IMG/VR virus record: IMGVR_UViG_3300032238_000336
Coordinates: 1 to 64,000 of that record
From: a virus
Reading direction: 5' to 3' (one strand)
DNA: 64,000 nucleotides
Part shown: positions 8,989-17,004 of the stretch, one piece after another
How the letters are laid out: every line of letters starts with the position of its first letter
Numbering within the stretch: the first letter of the stretch is position 1
Program-made: the position numbers and the translations under genes
The notes under the pieces: generated by a model
Database searches by the model: none
What the model was told of the DNA's origin: nothing
Seen by the model: the letters and a program-made list of their open reading frames with translations, nothing else

Positions 8989-9542
8989 TTATAATGAAGA
9001 TAAGTATGAAGTAAATATTTTGCGTTACTTACAGGGGGTTCTGCTTTATGTGGAAACATCCAAAATGGAGGAAACATCACAAGTGTTCCTTTCTTTGGAG
9101 TGACTGAAAAATCTTTAAATCTTGTCTCTCCACCTGTTTCCACGTCATTCAAATACCAAAAGAAAGAAAGAAATCTTCTCGCAGTTGCGTGATTAACTAC
9201 ATCAACGTGTGTATCAAACTTATCTATACCATCGTTATTATATCTTTTAATTCTAAACTGCTCGAATGCGTGAGTTTCAGGAAAGACACGAGCATCAGCA
9301 AATTCATAATACTTATTTTTATACTCAAAAGTTTTATGAATTAGATAATTATGAACGTTATTTACTTCTTCATTTAACTTACAATTTTCTGTAAGATTGA
9401 ATTGAGTAAATTTTTGCTTTCCATCATTATCAATTTCTTCATATTTATCTGGAACTTGGTCAAATAAACTAATAAGAAACTCACAAATATTAGGTTCTAT
9501 TGCGTTCTCATAAACGTGAATAAAATCATTTAGTTCATCCAT
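8985..9542 (-). CDS. 2OG-Fe(II) oxygenase (prolyl-4-hydroxylase-like)
   Basis: FRIKRY...THVD...YLNDVETGGET...MFPPFWMFPH...KY; likely start MDELNDF at 9542 overlapping the uvsX stop. Confidence 0.88.
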   Translation of the reverse strand: MDELNDFIHVYENAIEPNICEFLISLFDQVPDKYEEIDNDGKQKFTQFNLTENCKLNEEVNNVHNYLIHKTFEYKNKYYEFADARVFPETHAFEQFRIKRYNNDGIDKFDTHVDVVNHATARRFLSFFWYLNDVETGGETRFKDFSVTPKKGTLVMFPPFWMFPHKAEPPVSNAKYLLHTYLHYK

Positions 9543-10536
9543 AAGAAAATGCACCTTTAGCAATCACATCAAGTTTTTCCATTACCTCTTCGGTAAAATA
9601 TTTTTCTGGATTTTTTAGAATTTCTTTAGCATAAATCTTCTTACCATCCATTTCATAACGTCCTGCGATGTTCTTCCACATACCACCTAATTCGCCAAGT
9701 TCAAGCAAACCATAATATCTATCAAGACCACGCTCATCATAATAAAGACGTACTTCAACTTCCTGATTCTCCTTACTTAAACGCGACTTAGCAGTCTTTG
9801 CCTTGATAATGTTTCCAATGACTTCTGTTCCATCTTTCTCCTTTTTCTTCGAGAGATGAATAATGGTAGAAGCAGCGTACTTAAGACCACTGCCACCTCC
9901 CATCTCTTTAGTAGGAACATAAGCACCGATAACATCGTAGGTATGATTTGTAACGATCATTGGAATGTTTGCTTGACCAAGTTTTAAAGTGAGCATACGG
10001 AATGCACCTTTAATCAGTTGAGATTTGGTCATATCTCTAACTTCTTTATCATTCAGAGCATCATTAATCTCCTTACTGGTAGAAAGCATACCCAAGGAGT
10101 CTAACACAAACATACAAGGACTGCGTTCTCCTTCAGGTTTTTTCATATACAAATCAACTGCCTTTAGTGCCTTACCACGAAACTCTTCAACTGTAACCAC
10201 ATTGACCACAACCAATCGAGTTGTGTCAATGCCTCTGCTCTCCAGTAAGGATCGTGTGATTGCAGCTTCAGTATCAAAGTACAAGCAGTATCCAGTAGGA
10301 TTATTATCAAGGAAATTCTTGACCACAGCCAAACTAAAGAAAGTTTTTCCTGTAGAACTTTCCCCTGCGATTGCAGTAATCTTGTTACCAGATACACCAC
10401 CAAAGATGCTACCACTAACAAGAGCATTAAATATGTACGAACCTGTGTCCACAAAAGTTTCAGTTTCATCAATATCTGCTGCCAGTTGTGTGTATTCTCC
10501 ACCAATTTCTTTTACAATGTCTTTAAGAAAGTCCAT
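9535..10536 (-). CDS. uvsX: RecA-like recombinase UvsX
   Basis: Walker A AGESSTGKT, FDTE, VLDSLG, MGGGSGLKYAAS; AGGAG 7 nt before the ATG at 10536. Confidence 0.95.
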   Translation of the reverse strand: MDFLKDIVKEIGGEYTQLAADIDETETFVDTGSYIFNALVSGSIFGGVSGNKITAIAGESSTGKTFFSLAVVKNFLDNNPTGYCLYFDTEAAITRSLLESRGIDTTRLVVVNVVTVEEFRGKALKAVDLYMKKPEGERSPCMFVLDSLGMLSTSKEINDALNDKEVRDMTKSQLIKGAFRMLTLKLGQANIPMIVTNHTYDVIGAYVPTKEMGGGSGLKYAASTIIHLSKKKEKDGTEVIGNIIKAKTAKSRLSKENQEVEVRLYYDERGLDRYYGLLELGELGGMWKNIAGRYEMDGKKIYAKEILKNPEKYFTEEVMEKLDVIAKGAFSYG

Positions 10537-10663
10537 TAACATTCTCCTGTTGATATTTTAATTTAAAATGATATGCCCATAACTTATTATAAAGTTCAGG
10601 ATGCTTGTATTTCAAAGACTCTATAATAAATTTAAGTTCTTTTTCTATGATTGGTAACTCCAT
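10523..10663 (-). CDS. Small hypothetical protein (46 aa) between gp43 and uvsX
   Basis: Hand-translated MELPIIEKELKFIIESLKYKHPELYNKLWAYHFKLKYQQENVNGLS; fills the gap and overlaps the uvsX start. Confidence 0.6.
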   Translation of the reverse strand: MELPIIEKELKFIIESLKYKHPELYNKLWAYHFKLKYQQENVNGLS

Positions 10664-10669
10664 ATGAGT

Positions 10670-13162
10670 TTATGCATAAAAGCTTGATAAGTTTACAGTT
10701 TTTTCCGTCTTCCATCCAATTGCATCCAAAATAATCTTCAAAGGTTCTAAGAAAGATTTATTAAACTGAGTAGTATAATCTACATATTTTTCCAGTCCAA
10801 GTTCCTTTGGAAAGTTTTGAATGAAGCAGATTACATCTTGATGAATAGGATTTGGAAGTTTAAGAGCACAGTATTTAATCTTCTCTCCATTATTGATGAT
10901 TGGGTACTTATTGTCAAGTTTATTCTTTTTTATATAATAGTTATAAAGTAAAGTTCCTCGAACGTGCATAGGTGTTCCTTTTGTGTAAATAGTCACATTT
11001 GAACTATAAGTTTCAAGATTGTTTACTGAACGAGGGAATGATATTTGCTCAATTGAAAAATTCATAAATTTTTCTTTACATTCTTGGATATACTGTATCA
11101 TATCCTTCTCAGTCTGGTTCATCATAATAGGTACAGCCTCTTTAATCATTGTTCTACAAACCGCAGGAGTAGATGACTTGATTGCCTCAAGACCTTTAAT
11201 TTTTACCTTTGGAGTTTCATATCGAACTCCTTCATTATCCCAAACATTTAGAATGTACCTTTTCTTTTTAGTCCAAATTGCTCTATCACAAATTGCCTCT
11301 CTTTTCATATAGAGAGAATTATTATATGCATTAGTATAATCAGAAAGTTCCTGAAAACATTTATTAATGAAATCTTGAAATGTGGTTCCACAAATTTTAT
11401 CTAAAAAATCTACAATCTTTTCCTTTGTGGGATTTTTATCTTTAAAAACTTTATCTACCAAAGGTCCAAAATTTAAGTAATTACTATCAGTATCAAGTGC
11501 AATAATAAAATCTTGATTTTTAGTTCCTACAATTTTATTTAAATAAGCATTCAATCTACTCTCAATCCATTTAATAGTAGTTTGTCCAGAAAAAGTAATT
11601 GCTTTTGCATTCTCTAATTTATAATACCTAAAATATTGATTTCCCAAAGCACCATAGAGACTGTTTAAACAAATTTTTAAGTTTTGCTGAAGATTATGAT
11701 ATTTTGAAATTGTATTCCGAAGTTCTATTGAAGGATTATTTTCATATTCTTGCTCTGCCTCAAGCATCTTTTTCTTATAGAGTTTCCTCTCATTGAACAT
11801 CTTTTCAGTCAGTTCAGGGAAGAACCCACGAATGTCTTTACGATACATCGCACCATTTGGGCACACTGTATAATCAGAATATGATTGCGTATCTACAGTT
11901 TGGTCTAGAACTCCCTGAATGGTGATATTAGGATGACGTTTTTCCATATAAGTCTCTGGACTGATGTTATACATCATCAATAAAGAAGGATATAGTGATG
12001 CTAAGTCAAAACTTACAACCCAATCATACATTCCTGGTTTGGGTTCTTTTACATAAGCACCTGGAAACTTTTCCGTTTTACTTGTGATTTCCTTTGGAGG
12101 AACTGCGATATTTCTCTCTCTTAAGTAGTTATAAGTAATCGCATCCCACATTCGGACTTGATAGAATACATCAGTATAGTTCGTCTTTGCGTTATATGCC
12201 ATCATAATACAAAGCTCAATCAACTTAAGCTTTTGTTCTAATCTGTCAACAAGCTCAACGTCAATTATATTATAACGAACAAACTTATCCCAATCTTTAG
12301 TATAAAAGTCTTTGAAAGTATCAAACTCAGAGTGGTCTAACTTTTCCATACCGAGTTCTACTTCTGCAATATGGTTCAAAGCATAACTCTCTCTATTTAC
12401 ATAAGTAAATTTTTTGTAAAGATTGAGATAATCAATGATAGAAATACCAGCAATTTCACACTGAAGTTGAACTCTTCCTGAGATTTCAATCTCTTTTGTT
12501 TTTACCACTCCCCACGGGGATAGTCTACGGACTTCTTTATCTCCAAAAATTCTTGTTATTCTACCTACAAGATAGGGAATATCATACAACTCTAGGTTCC
12601 ATCCAGTAATAAGGTCAGGACTTTCTTCCTCCCAAAATGCTAGGAACTTATCAAAAAGTTCTACCTCATCACTACATTCAATATAAGTTACATCATCTCT
12701 TTTATTATCATATGGTTTAACTCCAAAAGTGGTAATATGCTTAGTATTGTAATCTTGAATAGAAATCAAGAGCATTTCTTCAGCACAATCAAATACATTA
12801 GGAAATCCCTGTTCAGAGCAAACTTCAATATCAAGAGAAAATAATTTTATCTTTGTTAAATCATACTCAATTTGTTCAGAATAATTGTCTGAGATATATT
12901 GGAAGGTATAGTTATCCATTCCATAAATTTTAAATCCTTGAACTTGAGAGTATTTTCTATAAAATTCTCTACAATCGGAAATGGACCCAGGTTGAACTGG
13001 TTCAACGCAAATATTATCAAGTGTTTTATAATTACTTTGTTTTTTACTTGGAACGTATAGAGTTGGATAAAAATCTACCTCTTCTTTGAATTTTTCTCCA
13101 TTTTCATATCCTCTTACTAAAATCTTATCGTATTTTTGATAAGCATTTGTGTAAAATCTCAA
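10670..13162 (-). CDS. gp43: Family B DNA polymerase (T4 gp43)
   Basis: Exonuclease motifs DIE, TGWN..YDIPY and YNIID; polymerase motifs SFDLASLYPS, KICLNSLYG, DTDS, KKRY; uninterrupted. Confidence 0.97.
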   Translation of the reverse strand: MRFYTNAYQKYDKILVRGYENGEKFKEEVDFYPTLYVPSKKQSNYKTLDNICVEPVQPGSISDCREFYRKYSQVQGFKIYGMDNYTFQYISDNYSEQIEYDLTKIKLFSLDIEVCSEQGFPNVFDCAEEMLLISIQDYNTKHITTFGVKPYDNKRDDVTYIECSDEVELFDKFLAFWEEESPDLITGWNLELYDIPYLVGRITRIFGDKEVRRLSPWGVVKTKEIEISGRVQLQCEIAGISIIDYLNLYKKFTYVNRESYALNHIAEVELGMEKLDHSEFDTFKDFYTKDWDKFVRYNIIDVELVDRLEQKLKLIELCIMMAYNAKTNYTDVFYQVRMWDAITYNYLRERNIAVPPKEITSKTEKFPGAYVKEPKPGMYDWVVSFDLASLYPSLLMMYNISPETYMEKRHPNITIQGVLDQTVDTQSYSDYTVCPNGAMYRKDIRGFFPELTEKMFNERKLYKKKMLEAEQEYENNPSIELRNTISKYHNLQQNLKICLNSLYGALGNQYFRYYKLENAKAITFSGQTTIKWIESRLNAYLNKIVGTKNQDFIIALDTDSNYLNFGPLVDKVFKDKNPTKEKIVDFLDKICGTTFQDFINKCFQELSDYTNAYNNSLYMKREAICDRAIWTKKKRYILNVWDNEGVRYETPKVKIKGLEAIKSSTPAVCRTMIKEAVPIMMNQTEKDMIQYIQECKEKFMNFSIEQISFPRSVNNLETYSSNVTIYTKGTPMHVRGTLLYNYYIKKNKLDNKYPIINNGEKIKYCALKLPNPIHQDVICFIQNFPKELGLEKYVDYTTQFNKSFLEPLKIILDAIGWKTEKTVNLSSFYA

Positions 13163-13485
13163 ACTTCTTCTCCTTCATAAAGTTCTTCAATCTCTTCGTC
13201 TGTTTCAACTTCAACTGGAGCAACAGGCTCTACATATCCAGTAAGTTTAATATAGTCTATTTTTAATTCAGTATTAGGAACAAACATCGTAAATATTTTA
13301 TCCGAATTTATTAAAAATTCAGTCTGTTCGGTATAAGCAACCAAAAGTTTAACTAGTTTATTGTTTAATATTATACAAGGATTGATTAATTTACAATCTA
13401 CAACACCCACTACATCTGGGTCGATTTCTACTGGAACTATTTCAGATACCAAAATTCTGCCGTCCGTCAACACAATTCCTTCCAT
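13159..13485 (-). CDS. Conserved hypothetical protein upstream of gp43 (possibly Sm-like fold)
   Basis: CKLINP motif, acidic tail, GAGG RBS, ATGA overlap with gp43. Confidence 0.7.
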   Translation of the reverse strand: MEGIVLTDGRILVSEIVPVEIDPDVVGVVDCKLINPCIILNNKLVKLLVAYTEQTEFLINSDKIFTMFVPNTELKIDYIKLTGYVEPVAPVEVETDEEIEELYEGEEV

Positions 13486-13507
13486 ATTTACCTCATAATT
13501 TCATAAT

Positions 13508-13536
13508 ATGCTATCACAAAAAAAAGAGACTGTCAA
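13508..13536 (-). promoter_or_regulatory. sigma70-like promoter for the DNA polymerase operon
   Basis: TTGACA-N17-TAGCAT with extended -10 TG, embedded in one arm of the upstream hairpin. Confidence 0.65.
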
Positions 13537-13568
13537 TTCTGGTCTTAGTCAGAATTAGTCTCTTTTTT
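13520..13568. terminator. Long inverted repeat / probable bidirectional terminator after hsp20
   Basis: AAAAAAGAGACT..AATTCTG-N8-CAGAATT-AGTCTCTTTTTT with A/T tracts on both sides. Confidence 0.75.
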
Positions 13569-13611
13569 GCGACAACAATAAATGGGTGTAGCCCCAAATT
13601 ATTTATTCGTG

Positions 13612-14061
13612 TTATAAAATTTCATAAACCTTTCTCTTCTGATGTTCTGGAATAACTCTATTTAATTTAATAGTGAGTAATCCATCCTCAAAAGAAACAT
13701 CTTTAACTTCCACATCATCCGATAAAGTCCAAGTTCTTTTCAATCTTCTTTTTGCTATGCCATTATGAAGATATTCAACAGTATCTTTAGATTTTTTATC
13801 TTCTGCTACATCAACAATAAGTATATTTTCTTCTGTAGCTACCCTAATATCATCTTTTTTGTATCCAGCAAGTGCAATTTCTAATCTGAAATCAACACTA
13901 CTTTCTTTGACCAGATTGTATGGCGGATAGTTAGTATGCGATTCAAACGCAGTATCAAACCTCTTAAACCACTCATCCAATCCAATACTATTTCTTTGAA
14001 TATCAGCCAGATACTTTGCTGTTTCTGGTACTGAAAGTGTAAGCGAACTTGTTCCAAACAT
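13612..14061 (-). CDS. hsp20: Small heat shock protein Hsp20
   Basis: NYPPYNL...LEIALAGY...YLHNGIAKR...FEDGLLTIKL alpha-crystallin domain; start MFGTSS at 14061 with AAGGAGG RBS. Confidence 0.95.
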   Translation of the reverse strand: MFGTSSLTLSVPETAKYLADIQRNSIGLDEWFKRFDTAFESHTNYPPYNLVKESSVDFRLEIALAGYKKDDIRVATEENILIVDVAEDKKSKDTVEYLHNGIAKRRLKRTWTLSDDVEVKDVSFEDGLLTIKLNRVIPEHQKRKVYEIL

Positions 14062-14136
14062 AATAGACCTCCTTAAGCGTCTTTTAGTGATTAATGTCCC
14101 CGAAGGCAACATTACTATTATATAACATAAAACCAT

Positions 14137-14162
14137 AAAAAAGAGGGGTGATGAAACCCCCC
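14137..14162 (-). terminator. Intrinsic terminator after regA
   Basis: GGGGT-TTCATC-ACCCC hairpin followed by TCTTTTTT. Confidence 0.75.
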
Positions 14163-14186
14163 ATTCTATATTCGGATTAGTGCCCT

Positions 14187-14624
14187 TTATTCTTCGGTCT
14201 CAGGTTTTAACTTTTTACCAATAGAATATTTACTTTCAAGCACCCAATCATTTTTATCTTTAAAAGAAAGAACTTTAATTTGATTTAGTGGAGCAATATC
14301 TGAAACTGAATCTAGATTTACAATCGTCACAAGACCCCAATCAGCAACTAACTGCACTATACGATTGCGTCTTTGCATATCATTAACTGTAATATTTGCA
14401 TACTTACCATCAAGAGCAAATAGTTCTTTAAAGTGAGTAAGATAATACTTACCTTGTTTATGAAGAATGTGAACGGACTGGTACAGTTTTTTTTCTTTTC
14501 GTGAAGCTACCCCAATACGAGTTAAAGTCTCACGAACTTTAAGAAAATCATCAGGTTCATTTAACAAAACTTCTACCATCATACTAGGAGTCCAGTTCAC
14601 TTTGGGCTCATTAGAGTTATTCAT
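14187..14624 (-). CDS. regA: Translational repressor RegA
   Basis: PDDFLKVRETLTRIGVAS...LYQSVHILHKQGKYY..HFKELFALDG. Confidence 0.95.
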   Translation of the reverse strand: MNNSNEPKVNWTPSMMVEVLLNEPDDFLKVRETLTRIGVASRKEKKLYQSVHILHKQGKYYLTHFKELFALDGKYANITVNDMQRRNRIVQLVADWGLVTIVNLDSVSDIAPLNQIKVLSFKDKNDWVLESKYSIGKKLKPETEE

Positions 14625-15010
14625 CGAGTTATTCCACCTATATCAAGTTGTTTCTTTATAAAATTAATTTGGACTTCAGAAAGGAGTTTTAATGCTTGGA
14701 GAGCTTTTTCGTTACTATAGTTATAATAAGATTTGATGCATTCCAAATCATCTACTTTTTCTTTTTTAATCCAGGAAGAAAATCTCTTCCTTTTTCTTAG
14801 AATATTTATATAAAAATTATATTGCATATCCTTATCAATAAAAAAGTTCTTATTCATCTCATTTGCATACATTAATGTATCATTATGATATGACAAAGAT
14901 TTATTTACTAGATAAGGTTCATAGGATTTTATATGTTCTAAATCTTCTTCCAATAAATTTTTCTTAGTATCGCTGACAGAGTTCACCATATCCCATACAT
15001 TATATGTCAT
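14621..15010 (-). CDS. gp62: Clamp loader small subunit (T4 gp62)
   Basis: YEPYLVNKSLS...ANEMN...RKRKRFSSW...YYNYSNEKA; lies between gp44 and regA. Confidence 0.9.
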   Translation of the reverse strand: MTYNVWDMVNSVSDTKKNLLEEDLEHIKSYEPYLVNKSLSYHNDTLMYANEMNKNFFIDKDMQYNFYINILRKRKRFSSWIKKEKVDDLECIKSYYNYSNEKALQALKLLSEVQINFIKKQLDIGGITR

Positions 15011-15951
15011 AGGAACTCACACTCTCTTACAATTTCAATTAGACAAGCCATAAGATTAATTTCTTGGTCCATACAAAAAGCAGACTGATATTGGTATTTT
15101 GCAATCACAAGAATTGCAAATGGTATTGTAGATGGAACAAGTTCAATATAAAGTTCATCATAAATCTGACGAAGGATTTTATTTACTTCGTTATCAAGAT
15201 TTTCAACTACCCACTTACGAACTCCACCAAAATTATTCTCTTTCATAAGAGAAACTAATTCTTTAATATTTGCATTTGAGGTGGATGCGATTGCACCAAT
15301 ATCTAAATTTCCAGAAGCACTAAACCTTTGCAGTTCGTGTAAAGTTCTACGAAAATCTGGAAAATATTTTTGGACTAGTTGCACTAGAACTTTTTTATCA
15401 TAGTCAATACTTTCAGTTTCAAGAATATTAATAATTCTTTCAAAGAATGATTTTGCAAGTTTTGGTTTTTCTTTTGATGGAATTGTGAAGTCCAACAAAG
15501 AACAACGAGAATGTAGAGCAGGTAAAATTTTATTTTTATAGTTGCAGGTAAAAATAAAAGTGCAGTTATTTTGCAACTTCTCTATAACACCCAGAAGCGC
15601 CTTTTGTGCATCGTGAGTTAGATTGTCTGCCTCATCTATCAATAGAATTTTCTTACCATTACTATTAGATAGAGATACAGTAGATGCATAAGTCTGTACT
15701 TTATTTCGAATGGTATCAATATACCTTCCTTCTTCCGACCCATTTATCATCATAAAGTCCATTCCCAACTCATTTGCAAGTGCTTTAATGGTTGAGGTCT
15801 TACCGATACCCGAAGGACCAGAAAGAATAAGGTTAGGAACCTGTTTAGAGTTCCCAACCTCAACGAAGAAATCTTTTAATCCTTTAGGTAAAATACATTC
15901 ATTAACGCTTTTTGGAGCGTATTTTTCAACAAATAAGAATTCTTCACGCAT
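15007..15951 (-). CDS. gp44: Clamp loader AAA+ subunit (T4 gp44)
   Basis: VEKYAP, GPSGIGKTS, IDEAD, LHSRC, FPDFRR. Confidence 0.95.
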   Translation of the reverse strand: MREEFLFVEKYAPKSVNECILPKGLKDFFVEVGNSKQVPNLILSGPSGIGKTSTIKALANELGMDFMMINGSEEGRYIDTIRNKVQTYASTVSLSNSNGKKILLIDEADNLTHDAQKALLGVIEKLQNNCTFIFTCNYKNKILPALHSRCSLLDFTIPSKEKPKLAKSFFERIINILETESIDYDKKVLVQLVQKYFPDFRRTLHELQRFSASGNLDIGAIASTSNANIKELVSLMKENNFGGVRKWVVENLDNEVNKILRQIYDELYIELVPSTIPFAILVIAKYQYQSAFCMDQEINLMACLIEIVRECEFL

Positions 15952-15967
15952 AATAAAAATTTATAAA

Positions 15968-16657
15968 TTAAGAATCAAATGAACTGTCACTTTCCAACCC
16001 GACAAAATAAGTCAAATCGAAATTCTGATTGATAAACTGAGATACTAGTTGTTCAGAAATAACTACATCATAGGAACCTGGAATAATTTTCAAGTTTTCA
16101 ATCTTAAAATTCAAACAAAACTCCTTATCAGTTTTACCCACATCAATGGATACTACATTAGTAGTTACATTCTCTTTCTGATGGACTTCAAGTTTAATCT
16201 CACCATCTTCTCCAACAACTGACAAATCAGGAAGACCAAACACCGAACTTGCTTTTACTAACTTTTCAAACTGTGCTTCATCAATTTGAAAACACACATC
16301 CTGAGACGGTAGTTTCATATCACGGTTCTCTGGTGCGTGAATAAGCATAGATTCAGTCAATCGGTATTTAATCTTATGCTTACCTTGTCGGATATAAACA
16401 AATCCTTCAGAAGAAAAGTCTAGTTCAGGACTATCATATAGTTTCAGTCCATTCAGAAACTGGTTCAAATCATAAATTCCAAACTCAGTGTCAAATTCTT
16501 CAGTAACAACAGCACTTGCAGCAATATTTCCTGAAAGTGCAATAGTTCGAATTACATTACCTTCTCGAATAAGAATGCTGGGATTAATGGTGGCAAAGTT
16601 TTTTAAAATGTTAATCGTATTATCAGAAAGTTTCATAATTTGAGAGTTTAGTTTCAT
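15968..16657 (-). CDS. gp45: Sliding clamp (T4 gp45)
   Basis: MKLSDNTINILKNFATINPSI...FGIYDLNQFL...NFKIENLKIIPGSY; alternative start at 16636. Confidence 0.95.
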   Translation of the reverse strand: MKLNSQIMKLSDNTINILKNFATINPSILIREGNVIRTIALSGNIAASAVVTEEFDTEFGIYDLNQFLNGLKLYDSPELDFSSEGFVYIRQGKHKIKYRLTESMLIHAPENRDMKLPSQDVCFQIDEAQFEKLVKASSVFGLPDLSVVGEDGEIKLEVHQKENVTTNVVSIDVGKTDKEFCLNFKIENLKIIPGSYDVVISEQLVSQFINQNFDLTYFVGLESDSSFDS

Positions 16658-16953
16658 TTGTTTTCAACAAGATTAAGATGATTAATCAAAAGAATAGTAT
16701 AGTGCAAAACTTTAAACAGGTCTGCTCGTGGAGTTCCTTTGGTATCATATCGGTCAATATACTTGGTTACATTACCAGCACAAAATCCTTCACGACGATT
16801 GTGTTTGATTTTATCCAGGGTCTGTTCCGTTCCACCACCAGTCCTATCAACATAATGTTGACTGTAAGTGCCAGAAATATATTCTTCAAGTTGTTTCAGG
16901 ATTTTGTCTTCGTTGTATTTCCAGAAACCATTAGTATTTGTATTTTCGTTCAT
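16654..16953 (-). CDS. Conserved hypothetical protein (DUF3310-like)
   Basis: KYNEDKIL...TYSQHY...GFCAGNVTKYIDRY..KG....DLFKVLHY; start at 16953 because the ORF-track TTG is a -35 box. Confidence 0.75.
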   Translation of the reverse strand: MNENTNTNGFWKYNEDKILKQLEEYISGTYSQHYVDRTGGGTEQTLDKIKHNRREGFCAGNVTKYIDRYDTKGTPRADLFKVLHYTILLINHLNLVENK

Positions 16954-16975
16954 AATAATGTTAATCACCTGATGT

Positions 16976-17004
16976 AGTTTACCAATCAATTGAAAAAAAG
17001 TCAA
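16976..17004 (-). promoter_or_regulatory. sigma70-like promoter for the clamp/clamp-loader operon
   Basis: TTGACT-N17-TAAACT with extended -10 TG. Confidence 0.65.

Noticed and set aside
10670-13162. Intein or intron in DNA polymerase, helicase or UvsX (common insertion targets)
   Set aside because: Lengths are normal and the conserved motifs are contiguous; no insertion found.
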